Notes: generated by a model from the sequence alone, not told the origin. A stretch of DNA of 63,900 bases, filler included, from Lama guanicoe (GCA_013239625.1; 77 parts of 76 records of this genome joined end to end with filler, not necessarily neighbours in it), one strand, 5' to 3'. Counted from the first letter of the whole stretch, positions 51,096-63,081 are shown. Made by a program: numbers and translations.

Positions 51096-51383
51096 AATTT
51101 TTGAAGGGAATCAGAATTTTAGGTGTAGGAGTTCCCCTTGGATATTACCCAAGAGGTATTATGTGGATGAATTCAGGCTGATAGCTCTCACTCGCACCTT
51201 GGGTGATGGGTGTTAAGAATGTATCTTCCTTGTCAATTCCTTTAGATTCTAGAAGAATAGTGTTGTATCTACAGGACAGGATANNNNNNNNNNNNNNNNN
51301 NNNNNNNNNNNNNNNNNNNNNNNNNNNTTAATTAATTAANNNNNNNNNNNNNNNNNNNNNNNNNNNNNNNNNNNNNNNNNNNN

Positions 51384-51780
51384 TTCTGTATTCTATATTC
51401 TAAATTCTGTGTTCTGCTTTCCATGTTCTCAAAACTGTGTTCTGTATTCTGTTTTCCGTATTCTATATTCTGTGTTCTAGATTCTATATTCTGTATTTTA
51501 TATTATGCATTCCTCATCCTATACTCTATATCCTGTGTTCTACATTGTATATTCTAAATTAATTGTATACTCAGTATTCCGTATTGTATATTCTATATTC
51601 TGTGTTCTACATTCTATATTCTAAATGCTATATTCAGTATCCTGTATTCTATTGTCTTAATTATGTGTTCTACATTCCATGTTTAAATTCTGTGTTCTAT
51701 ATTCTCTATTTTATATACTAATTTTTGTGCCCTTCATTCTATATTCTGCATTCCGTATTCTATATTCTATATTCTGTGTT
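51384..51780 (-). repeat. SatC
   Basis: (TATATTC)n variants. Confidence 0.93.
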
Positions 51781-51880
51781 NNNNNNNNNNNNNNNNNNNN
51801 NNNNNNNNNNNNNNNNNNNNNNNNTTAATTAATTAANNNNNNNNNNNNNNNNNNNNNNNNNNNNNNNNNNNNNNNNNNNN

Positions 51881-52624
51881 CCCTGTTAGGGAGAATTCTG
51901 AGAAATACCTTCCCTGACCTTGGGGAGGCCGCCTCGGTCACTGGGATTGCCTGCAAACTCCCCTAGCATTCCCTGGCACAGAGACATTTGAAAAAAACCC
52001 AGGGGAGACGAGGTTAGGCATTCCGTTAATACGCACGTGCTGCCGACCGTTGGTGGAACCTCCCCACGCTCAGGATTCCTGAACCATTGTCAGTGTGTGG
52101 GGAGCTCGAGAGACAACTCCAGGCAGCTCTCTTCAGTCACAGGTGTTCCCTGTAAGGGGGAATTCTGAGAAATACCTTCCCTGATCTTGGGGAGGCAGCC
52201 TCTGTCACTGAGATTGCCTGCAAACACCCCTAGCATTCCCTGGCACAGAGACATTTGAAAAAAACCCAGGGGAGACGAGGTTAGGCATTCCGTTAATACG
52301 CACGTGCTGCCGACCGTTGGTGGAACCTCCCCATGCTCAGGATTCTGGAACCATTTTCAGTGCATGGGGAGCTCGAGAGACAACTCCACGCAGCTCTCTT
52401 CAGTCACAGGTGTTCCCTGTTAGGGGGAATTCTGAGAAATACCTTCCCTGACCTTGGGGAGGCAGCCTCGGTGACTGGGATTAGCCTGCAAACCGCCTTG
52501 CATTCCCTGGCACAGAGATATTAGGAAAAAACCCAGGGGAGACGAGCTTAGGCATTCCGTAGAACCCACGCGATATCGACCGTTGGTGGAACCTCCATAC
52601 GCTCAGGATTCCGGAACCATTGTC
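51881..52624 (+). repeat. SatA, ~2.8 units
   Basis: GACATTTG at 51983 and 52250 (267 bp). Confidence 0.96.
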
Positions 52625-52724
52625 NNNNNNNNNNNNNNNNNNNNNNNNNNNNNNNNNNNNNNNNNNNNTTAATTAATTAANNNNNNNNNNNNNNNNNNNN
52701 NNNNNNNNNNNNNNNNNNNNNNNN

Positions 52725-53149
52725 TAATTTCAGGTATCTAATGTAGACTTCTAGGGCTTGGTTAAGTGAAAATCTTAGACCCTTGGCTCTACACAATTGT
52801 ATGGGATTTCTGTGAGGACAAATATTCCTAGACATTGATGCCATGTCCTGTTCCTGTGTGTGTTGTCTGGTCTATCTCCAATTGCTGGTGTTGCCTTTGT
52901 TGTGATGACACCCCATACTATTTCAATTAGGATAACCTCATTTTGATTACGCTTCTCTCACAAATCTGAAAGAGCACAGGACACTTCCTCTGGTGGAAAT
53001 GGAGCTTCTAACGGTTCTCCGTTCTGCATTCTACTCTATGTTATTCTGGAGTGTTTCCAGAAGAGTAGAGTGTGAGTGCACTTGTGCTTTGTAGTGCCAT
53101 GGGAATATCCCACTGAAACCAGTTCTTCCAAGAGCTTCTCTGTCTACAG
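52725..53149 (+). repeat. Unclassified multi-copy sequence (family F), reverse-complement paralog of 63235-63656
   Basis: CAGGTATCTAATG...CTTGGCTCTACACAATT...CCTAGACATTGATGCCATGTCCTGTTCCTGTGTGTGTTGTCTGG...GCACAGGACACTTCCTCT...CCATGGGAATATCCCA is colinear with the other fragment. Confidence 0.9.
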
Positions 53150-53249
53150 NNNNNNNNNNNNNNNNNNNNNNNNNNNNNNNNNNNNNNNNNNNNTTAATTA
53201 ATTAANNNNNNNNNNNNNNNNNNNNNNNNNNNNNNNNNNNNNNNNNNNN

Positions 53250-53365
53250 TGACCTTGGCCAAGGCTGCTTAACCACTTGGTCTCTGTTTCCTCATCTGCG
53301 GAATGGGGGTGTGGGCGGTGAACTCAGTGAGCTCAGTGGTCACTTCCTCCAGCTCTGCTATTCTA
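53250..53365 (+). mobile_element. MIR remnant
   Basis: TGACCTTGGCCAAG...CTTAACCACTTGGTCTCTGTTTCCTCATCTGCGGAATGGGG core. Confidence 0.65.
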
Positions 53366-55190
53366 CTGCTTTGAGTTAATTTAAGAAGTATCCGAGCCTC
53401 TGAATGGCCCACCCATAGGCTGGCGCTTTGCTAGGCCCTGGGTTATGGAGAAAAGTAAGATCAGCCTGCTTCTCCGAGGAGCCTCTGTCCCTCCATGGCA
53501 AACAGCTGTCAGGCCCAGGCTCCCTCACTGGCGGTCGGGGGCTGGGCAGGAATGTCTGATAGAAGATGGAGGCAGAGCCCCTCCGGGAACAGTGGTGGCC
53601 ACAGAGCTCTCAGGAGTGGGAGCGTCTGTCCAGGCTGCTGAGAGGGGGGCCCTCATGAGGCCAGTAGCCCCCCNNNNNNNNNNNNNNNNNNNNNNNNNNN
53701 NNNNNCCTGCAGTGTCACAACAGAGCCAGTCCATCCTCATCACTGTGCCCCTGTGCTCCTTTGTCCTGGGGCCTCTCTTCCCCCTACACCCAGAAGACTC
53801 TTCTCCCTCTCTTCTCTGAGTGTCCCCTCACTTCACCCGTGGTCCCTGCTTCCTGGGCCACCATCTCTGGAATTGACACTCTGCCCCCTCATACCCTCCG
53901 TTTGAACAGGAGCCTGGGTTGACCTCCTTGTGCTCACTTTCCCCCATCAGGTGATTTCTCCTCCCCTCTTGGGATCACCTGGAAAACCCATTCAATTCCT
54001 AGCAGTGCCTGCCACCCCTGGCCTCCCTGCTTAACTGCCTCATTCAGGAGCAGCTGGACCACCAGCTCTGTATTGCCTCACCTCCTACCNNNNNNNNNNN
54101 NNNNNNNNNNNNNNNNNNNNNNNNNNNNNNNNNNNNNNNNNNNNNNNNNNNNNNNNNNNNNNNNNNNNNNNNNNNNNNNNNNNNNNNNNNNNNNNNNNNN
54201 NNNNNNNNNNNNNNNNNNNNNNNNNNNNNNNNNNNNNNNNNNNNNNNNNNNNNNNNNNNNNNNNNNNNNNNNNNNNNNNNNNNNNNNNNNNNNNNNNNNN
54301 NNNNNNNNNNNNNNNNNNNNNNNNNNNNNNNNNNNNNNNNNNNNNNNNNNNNNNNNNNNNNNNNNNNNNNNNNNNNNNNNNNNNNNNNNNNNNNNNNNNN
54401 NNNNNNNNNNNNNNNNNNNNNNNNNNNNNNNNNNNNNNNNNNNNNNNNNNNNNNNNNNNNNNNNNNNNNNNNNNNNNNNNNNNNNNNNNNNNNNNNNNNN
54501 NNNNNNNNNNNNNNNNNNNNNNNNNNNNNNNNNNNNNNNNNNNNNNNNNNNNNNNNNNNNNNNNNNNNNNNNNNNNNNNNNNNNNNNNNNNNNNNNNNNN
54601 NNNNNNNNNNNNNNNNNNNNNNNNNNNNNNNNNNNNNNNNNNNNNNNNNNNNNNNNNNNNNNNNNNNNNNNNNNNNNNNNNNNNNNNNNNNNNNNNNNNN
54701 NNNNNNNNNNNNNNNNNNNNNNNNNNNNNNNNNNNNNNNNNNNNNNNNNNNNNNNNNNNNNNNNNNNNNNNNNNNNNNNNNNNNNNNNNNNNNNNNNNNN
54801 NNNNNNNNNNNNNNNNNNNNNNNNNNNNNNNNNNNNNNNNNNNNNNNNNNNNNNNNNNNNNNNNNNNNNNNNNNNNNNNNNNNNNNNNNNNNNNNNNNNN
54901 NNNNNNNNNNNNNNNNNNNNNNNNNNNNNNNNNNNNNNNNNNNNNNNNNNNNNNNNNNNNNNNNNNNNNNNNNNNNNNNNNNNNNNNNNNNNNNNNNNNN
55001 NNNNNNNNNNNNNNTTCCTGTGAGAAGAGGCCAAGGGCACAATAGGGCACAGTATGTCAATAGTCCTGTTCTGATGCTGGGTGATAGGTTNNNNNNNNNN
55101 NNNNNNNNNNNNNNNNNNNNNNNNNNNNNNNNNNTTAATTAATTAANNNNNNNNNNNNNNNNNNNNNNNNNNNNNNNNNNNNNNNNNNNN

Positions 55191-56100
55191 GCGATGACCT
55201 CTCTATGGATTGTGGAGGTGTTTAAACTACATCCCTAACGTGGGAACACCTCTGCCCCCATAAAGCTCCATGGAGTCTGTTTCCACACTTCCAGCACACA
55301 CACGAAACCTTGCACAGTTATCCTGAGAGTGGGCAGCCTCCTCCAACTGAGAGAAGGGCCTTGGTTCTCATAAAATCGCTTAAATTGTCTACCCTGTTTG
55401 TTTGCCTGATNNNNNNNNNNNNNNNNNNNNNNNNNNNNNNNNNNNNNNNNNNNNNNNNNNNNNNNNNNNNNNNNNNNNNNNNNNNNNNNNNNNNNNNNNN
55501 NNNNNNNNNNNNNNNNNNNNNNNNNNNNNNNNNNNNNNNNNNNNNNNNNNNNNNNNNNNNNNNNNNNNNNNNNNNNNNNNNNNNNNNNNNNNNNNNNNNN
55601 NNNNNNNNNNNNNNNNNNNNNNNNNNNNNNNNNNNNNNNNNNNNNNNNNNNNNNNNNNNNNNNNNNNNNNNNNNNNNNNNNNNNNNNNNNNNNNNNNNNN
55701 NNNNNNNNNNNNNNNNNNNNNNNNNNNNNNNNNNNNNNNNNNNNNNNNNNNNNNNNNNNNNNNNNNNNNNNNNNNNNNNNNNNNNNNNNNNNNNNNNNNN
55801 NNNNNNNNNNNNNNNNNNNNNNNNNNNNNNNNNNNNNNNNNNNNNNNNNNNNNNNNNNNNNNNNNNNNNNNNNNNNNNNNNNNNNNNNNNNNNNNNNNNN
55901 NNNNNNNNNNTGCCTAGGCCAGTGTGTGGTTGAAAGTGGGATTTGGGATCTAAAACTAAGTATTAGCGTGTGCCTCTCCATGGGTAGTGGAGAGGTTTAA
56001 ACTACAACCCACAACATGGGAACTACTGTGACCCCTGAAAAATGCGTGTTCTTTTTCCCCATGTCCAGCACACACAGGAAGAAGTGTTCTGGGGTTCTGA
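55191..56100 (-). repeat. SatE (diverged SatA relative)
   Basis: TTTAAACTACATCCCTAACGTGGGAACACC...TCCAGCACACAC...TCCTGAGAGTGGGCAGCCTCCTCCAACTGA matches 61233-62186. Confidence 0.85.
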
Positions 56101-56200
56101 NNNNNNNNNNNNNNNNNNNNNNNNNNNNNNNNNNNNNNNNNNNNTTAATTAATTAANNNNNNNNNNNNNNNNNNNNNNNNNNNNNNNNNNNNNNNNNNNN

Positions 56201-57038
56201 TAAATTCTTTGTTCAGCATTCCATTTTATATATTCTGGCTTCTATTTTCATTATCCTCTATTTTATATTCTGTGTTCTATATTCTATATTATAAGCTCTA
56301 TATTCAGTGTTCTGTATTCTACATTCTAAATTCTGTGTTCTGTTTTTCATGTTCTAAATTCTGAGTTCTATATTCTCTATTCAATATTCTATATAGTGTG
56401 TTCTTCATTCTGTATTCTAATTTCTAGATTCTGCATTCGTTAATCTATATTCTAAATTGTGTGTTTTACATTCTATATTTTAATTCTCTATTCAGTATTC
56501 TGTATTCTATATTCTAAATTCTGTGTTCTGCATTCCATGTTCTAAATAACAGTATATTGTATTCTATATTATTTATTTTGTGTTCCGCATTCTATGTTCT
56601 AAATTCTATATTCAGTATTCTGTATTCTATATTCTAAATTCTGTGTTCTGCATTCCATATTCTATATTCTTTGTTCTAAATTCTATATTCTGTATTCCAT
56701 ATTCTACATTCCGTATTCTATATTCTATATTCTGTGTTCTTCATTCTATATTCTATATACTGTATTCATTATTCTGTATTCTATATTCTAAATTCTGTGT
56801 TCTGCATTCCATATTCTATATTCTTTGTTCTAAATTCTATATTCTGTATTCCATATTCTACATTCCGTATTCTATATTCTATATTCTGTGTTCTTCATTC
56901 TATACCCTAAATTCTATATTCTGTAATCTGTATTCTATATACTATATTCTTTGTTCAGCATTCCATTTTATAAATACTGGTTCTATATCCTCTATCCTCT
57001 ATTTTATATTCTGTGTTCTACATTCTATATTATAAGCC
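56201..57038 (-). repeat. SatC with 154-bp and 742-bp internal periodicities
   Basis: CATTCCATAT at 56651 and 56805; CTTTGTTCAGCATTCCATTTTA at 56207 and 56949. Confidence 0.95.
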
Positions 57039-57138
57039 NNNNNNNNNNNNNNNNNNNNNNNNNNNNNNNNNNNNNNNNNNNNTTAATTAATTAANNNNNN
57101 NNNNNNNNNNNNNNNNNNNNNNNNNNNNNNNNNNNNNN

Positions 57139-58088
57139 AGGGTTTTCCTAATTTCTCTGTGCCAGGGAATGCTAGGGGGTGTTTGCATGATATCCCAGTG
57201 ACAGAGGCTTCCTCCTCAAGGTCAGGGAAGTTATTCCTCGGACTTCCCCGTACAGGGAACACCTGTGACTGAAGAGAGCTGCGTGGAGTTGTCTCTCGAG
57301 TTCCCCCACGCACTGACAATGGTTCCGGAATCCTGAGCGTGGGGAGGGTCCACCAACGGTCGGCAGAGCGTGGGTTCAATCGGACAGCCTAAGCTCGTCT
57401 CCCCTGAGTGTTTTCCTAATGTCTCTGTGCCAGACCCAGGGACAGAGGCTGCCTCCCCAAGGTCAGGGAAGGTTTTTCTCAGACTTCCCCGAAATGGGAA
57501 CACCTGTGAATGAAGAGAGCTGCGTGGAGTTGTCTCTCGAGCTCCCCCACGAACTGACAATGGTTCTGGAATCCTGAGCGTGGGGAGGTTCCACCAACGG
57601 TCGTCAGCGCGTGGTATCTAACGGAAAGCATAAGCTCGTCTCCCCTGAGGGTTTTCCTAATGTCTCTGTGCCAGGGAATGCTAGGGGGGTTGAAGGATAT
57701 CCCAGTGATAGAGGATGCCTCCCCAAAATCAGGAAAGGTATTTCTCGGACTTCCCCGTACAGGGAACTCCTGTTACTGAAGACATCTGCGTGGAGTTGTC
57801 TCTCGAGCTCCCCCACGAACTGACAATGGTTCTGGAATCCTGAGCGTGGGGAGGTTCCACCAACGGTCGGCAGGGCGTGGGTTCTATGGAAAGCCTAATG
57901 TCGTCTCCCCTGAGGGTTTCCCTAATGTCTCTGTGCCAGGGAATGCTAGGGGTGTTGAAGGATATCCCAGTGATAGAGGATGCCTCCCCAAAATCAGGAA
58001 AGGTATTTCTCGGACTTCCCCGTACAGGGAACTCCTGTTACTGAAGACATCTGCGTGGAGTTGTCTCTCGAGCTCCCCCACGCACTGA
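57139..58088 (-). repeat. SatA, ~3.6 units, one with a ~27-bp deletion
   Basis: Tandem units; GTGCCAG|ACCCAGGGAC at ~57433 lacks the GGAATGCTAGGGGG... block. Confidence 0.96.
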
Positions 58089-58188
58089 NNNNNNNNNNNN
58101 NNNNNNNNNNNNNNNNNNNNNNNNNNNNNNNNTTAATTAATTAANNNNNNNNNNNNNNNNNNNNNNNNNNNNNNNNNNNNNNNNNNNN

Positions 58189-59114
58189 CAAATCCTTTAA
58201 AAAAAACATGAAACAAGGTCAATGATGAAATCACAGTCTTAATAAAATTATACCTAGAGACAAATTACAATGAAAACACAGATTCACAAAATGTATGGGA
58301 TGCAGCAAAGACAAATCTATGAGGGAAGTTTAGGACATTTAAGGCCTTCTACATGGATGCAGAAACATCTCACACAAAGAACCAAACATACCACCCAAAT
58401 TAACTAGAAATAAGAACAAGCAAATTCCAAAGATATTAGAATGAGAAATCTTTAATTAGTAGGTTGAAAATAAGTGAAATAAAAAGCAAAATATAAGTTG
58501 AAAGTCCTATAATCATGGGCTAGATTTTCTTAAAAATATTAGCACACTGGTGAGCATTTAGCCAGGCTTATCAAGAAATACACAGAGTGGACCCAAACAA
58601 AATAAAAAATGAAACAGTAGACATAACATCTTTTATTACAGAAATACAAACAAAGATTATGAAAGCANNNNNNNNNNNNNNNNNNNNNNNNNNNNNNNNN
58701 NNNNNNNNNNNNNNNNNNNNNNNNNNNNNNNNNNNNNNNNNNNNNNNNNNNNNNNNNNNNNNNNNNNNNNNNNNNNNNNNNNNNNNNNNNNNNNNNNNNN
58801 NNNNNNNNNNNNNNNNNNNNNAACAAAATGCCTGGATTCCTTCACTAAAACCTCTTTCCCCCCAACAGTTTCAAAAAATGAAGGAGGAAGGAAAATTCCC
58901 AAAGTTATTCTATGAGGCCACCACTACACTGATAACAAAACCAAAGACAGTAACAAAAAAATTAAAGAAAATGAAAATCCAATATTCTTGATTAATATAC
59001 ATTCAAAAATCCTCAAAAGAACATCAACAAATTAATCCAACAATACATAGAAAGGATTATAAACAATGATCAGTTGGATTCCTTCCAGAGTTACAAGGAT
59101 GGTTCAACATACAC
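58189..59114 (+). mobile_element. Old LINE-1 ORF2 fragment
   Basis: ATGGGATGCAGCAAAG...GAGGGAAGTT...TTCTATGAGGCCACCACTACACTGATAACAAAACCA...CAAGGATGGTTCAACATAC. Confidence 0.9.
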
Positions 59115-59214
59115 NNNNNNNNNNNNNNNNNNNNNNNNNNNNNNNNNNNNNNNNNNNNTTAATTAATTAANNNNNNNNNNNNNNNNNNNNNNNNNNNNNN
59201 NNNNNNNNNNNNNN

Positions 59215-60241
59215 CATATATATGTATGGATTGGGGTTGTCAACTGAAAAGAAACTTTGTGTTATCTTCAAGCTACGTGAAGGACGGCTTTCACACACAC
59301 TTATCTCTCAGAAATTAGCATGTGGAGAGACGTACGCTCATCCAGCACAAAGGGAACGGGTTGCAGGGGAAACACTTACTCTGGTTTCTCAGTCTGTTTC
59401 CTAGTGCNNNNNNNNNNNNNNNNNNNNNNNNNNNNNNNNNNNNNNNNNNNNNNNNNNNNNNNNNNNNNNNNNNNNNNNNNNNNNNNNNNNNNNNNNNNNN
59501 NNNNNNNNNNNNNNNNNNNNNNNNNNNNNNNNNNNNNNNNNNNNNNNNNNNNNNNNNNNNNNNNNNNNNNNNNNNNNNNNNNNNNNNNNNNNNNNNNNNN
59601 NNNNNNNNNNNNNNNNNNNNNNNNNNNNNNNNNNNNNNNNNNNNNNNNNNNNNNNNNNNNNNNNNNNNNNNNNNNNNNNNNNNNNNNNNNNNNNNNNNNN
59701 NNNNNNNNNNNNNNNNNNNNNNNNNNNNNNNNNNNNNNNNNNNNNNNNNNNNNNNNNNNNNNNNNNNNNNNCTTCAAGCTAGGTGAAGGACGGCTTTCAC
59801 ACACAATTTTCTCTCAGAACTGAGCATGTGGAGAGACGTTCCTTCCATCCAGCCCAAGGGAACGGGTTGCAGGAGAAACACATACTCTGGTTTATCAGTC
59901 TGTTTCCTAGTGCCGGTTTAGAGTGCCTGCCGTTTTCACTGTATAACCGAGTTGGTGCTTGTACCTCCCTATACATATGTATGGAATGAAGTTGGTAACA
60001 GAAAAAAAACTTTGTGTTCCCTTCAAGCTAGGTGAAGGACGGCTTTCACACACACTTATCTCTCAGAACTTAGCCTGTGGAGATACATTCGTACATCCAG
60101 CACACAGGGAACGGGTTGCAGGAGAAACTCTTACTCTGGTTTCTCAATCTGATTCCTAGTNNNNNNNNNNNNNTTGAAGTGCCTTATCACTATAAAAGCG
60201 ATTAGGCGCTTATACCTCCCCATATATATGTAGGGAGTGGA
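59215..60241 (+). repeat. SatB
   Basis: CTTCAAGCTAGGTGAAGG at 59772 and 60021 (249 bp). Confidence 0.95.
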
Positions 60242-60811
60242 NNNNNNNNNNNNNNNNNNNNNNNNNNNNNNNNNNNNNNNNNNNNTTAATTAATTAANNN
60301 NNNNNNNNNNNNNNNNNNNNNNNNNNNNNNNNNNNNNNNNNTGCTGTCTACTTTCTATATGTCTTTTTTTCCCATTCCTCTATTACTACAAGTTTTTGTA
60401 CAAAGTAAGCATTTTCAAGTGTGTCATTTTAATTTGTTTATTTTATCTTTTTCTTCTCCTCCTCCTCCTNNNNNNNNNNNNNNNNNNNNNNNNNNNNNNN
60501 NNNNNNNNNNNNNNNNNNNNNNNNNNNNNNNNNNNNNNNNNNNNNNNNNNNNNNNNNNNNNNNNNNNNNNNNNNNNNNNNNNNNNNNNNNNNNNNNNNNN
60601 NNNNNNNNNNNNNNNNNNNNNNNNNNNNNNNNNNNNNNNNNNNNNNNNNNNNNNNNNNNNNNNNNNNNNNNNNNNNNNNNNNNNNNNNNNNNNNNNNNNN
60701 NNNNNNNNNNNNNNNNNNNNNNNNNNNNNNNNNNNNNNNNNNNNNNNNNNNNNNNNNNNNNNNNNNNNNNNNNNNNNNNNNNNNNNNNNNNNNNNNNNNN
60801 NNNNNNNNNNN

Positions 60812-61132
60812 CCTTAGTATTTCTTGTAGGGCAGGCCTGCTAGCAATGGATTCTTTCAGATTTTGTTTTTGTAGGAGTGTCTTAATTTCTCCTTTAATTT
60901 TTTTAAAGAATCATTTTGCTGGCTATAAAATACTTGGTGACAGTCTTTTCCTTTTATCTCTTTGATGATACCATCCACTGCCTTCTGGTCTCCATGGTTT
61001 TTGATGAGAAATCAACTGTCTTACTGAGGAGCCTTTCTATATGTTGAGCCGCATTTCTCTTTTAGCTGTCAAGATACTTTTTACTTCTGTTTTGACACAC
61101 TGAATCTGATATGCCTATTTTAGATGTCTCTA
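60812..61132 (-). mobile_element. Ancient L1M ORF1-region fragment
   Basis: TTAGTATTTCTTGTAGGGCAGGCCTGCTAGC...TTTTGCTGGCTATAAAATACTTGGTGACAG...CCACTGCCTTCTGG...GATGAGAAATC. Confidence 0.8.
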
Positions 61133-61232
61133 NNNNNNNNNNNNNNNNNNNNNNNNNNNNNNNNNNNNNNNNNNNNTTAATTAATTAANNNNNNNNNNNN
61201 NNNNNNNNNNNNNNNNNNNNNNNNNNNNNNNN

Positions 61233-62186
61233 CTATTCGGCTATCCTAAGTGTGGGGAGGCTCCTCAAACTGACGGCAGCAACTGGGATATAATAGAATC
61301 TCTTGGATTGACATCCCTGATTGTTTCCTTTGGCCGCGATGTGAGTTAAGGTGGGGTTGGGCACTAAACCAAAGTAATAGCGAGTGCCTCTCTATGAGCA
61401 GTGGAAGTGTTTACCTACATCCCCAACCTGGGAACACCTGTGATCCAATAAATAAACGTGGACTATTTTTCCCCACTTCCAGGAAACACATGAAGAACTT
61501 TTCTGGTATCCTGAGTGTGGGGAGGCTCCTCCAACTGACAGCAGCACCTGGGATCTAATAGAATCACTTGGCTTGACTTCCCTGAGTGTTTCCATAGGCC
61601 GGGCTGTGAGCGAAGGTGTGGTTGGACACTAAACCAAAGTAATAGCGAGTGCCTCTCTATGAGCNNNNNNNNNNNNNNNNNNNNNNNNNNNNNNNNNNNN
61701 NNNNNNNNNNNNNNNNNNNNNNNNNNNNNNNNNNNNNNNNNNNNNNNNNNNNNNNNNNNNNNNNNNNNNNNNNNNNNNNNNNNNNNNNNNNNNNNNNNNN
61801 NNNNNNNNNNNNTTGACTTCCCTAAGTGTTTTCCGAGGCCTAGCAGTAAGCGATGGTGGGGGATGGGCTCTAAAGCCAAGTATTAGCGAGTGCATCTCTG
61901 TGGGCAGTGGAGGGTTTTAAACTACTTCCCCAACCTTGGAACACCTGAGCCCAATAAAGATGAGTGGAATCTGTTTCCCCACATCCAGCACACACACGGA
62001 GACGTGTTCAAGTATCCTGATTGTGGGGAGGCTCTTCCAAATGACAGCAGCGCCTGGGTTCTAATAGAATTCCTTAGCTTGTCTCCCCTGATGGCATGCC
62101 TAGCCTGGAGAGAGTGGGAAAGAGGGAGTTGGGCTCCAAACCAAGTGTAAGCGAGGGCCTATCCATGGGATGTGGGTTTTTAACCT
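61233..62186 (-). repeat. SatE, ~265-bp units
   Basis: GTGGGGAGGCTCCTC at 61252 and 61517 (265 bp); further units after the gap. Confidence 0.9.
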
Positions 62187-63081
62187 NNNNNNNNNNNNNN
62201 NNNNNNNNNNNNNNNNNNNNNNNNNNNNNNTTAATTAATTAANNNNNNNNNNNNNNNNNNNNNNNNNNNNNNNNNNNNNNNNNNNNAATCCCACTTGGTC
62301 ATGATGTTATCACATTAGGTGCGAGGCCCCGCTCTTGGGGCCCTGGCCGGACTGAAGCCCCTCTGGCTTCGTCAGGGAGTTCTCTCCTACTTCCAGTTCG
62401 CACTGGAAGGGTCCCCTTCAATTATTAAACTTGAATAAGAAATATGAAAAAGAAAAATCCAAAGCAAATTAATATAAACATATTTTTATTTTTAAATCCA
62501 CTTCTTAAGGTATAATTTACATACAGTAGAATGCACCATTTTAAAAAAAACGTACAGTAGATCACTTTTGACAGAGGTACACACTCATATAAATGCCACC
62601 ACATGGTAGGAGGTTGCTAACTTTATTCTTCTACTCAAAGGACCAGATTTTGGCTTTTTTGTGTATTCTCTTCATATTTATATTCTATTTTTTTACCTTC
62701 TGTTCTTTATTATTTGGCATCATTATGTGGTTCCTTCTGAAGTTGTAAGTATGGTTCATATATTTCTATAATTATTTATTTATTAATTCAACAAATGTTT
62801 ATCAACCACTTAAAATATGCCTGATGCTATCCTAGGCCCTGGAGACTTAACGGGATTTTTTTAAAGACACAAATCCCTGTGTCTTTATAAATTGTGTTCT
62901 AGTGCCTGTACCAGAAAACAGAATGAGTAACTCAGCTGTGCGCCATGTTAGAGAATGGCAAGTGCTAAGGGTAAAAGTTAANNNNNNNNNNNNNNNNNNN
63001 NNNNNNNNNNNNNNNNNNNNNNNNNTTAATTAATTAANNNNNNNNNNNNNNNNNNNNNNNNNNNNNNNNNNNNNNNNNNNN

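Noticed and set aside
54044..55060. ORFs of >300 aa in the track
   Set aside because: Almost entirely X from an N gap.
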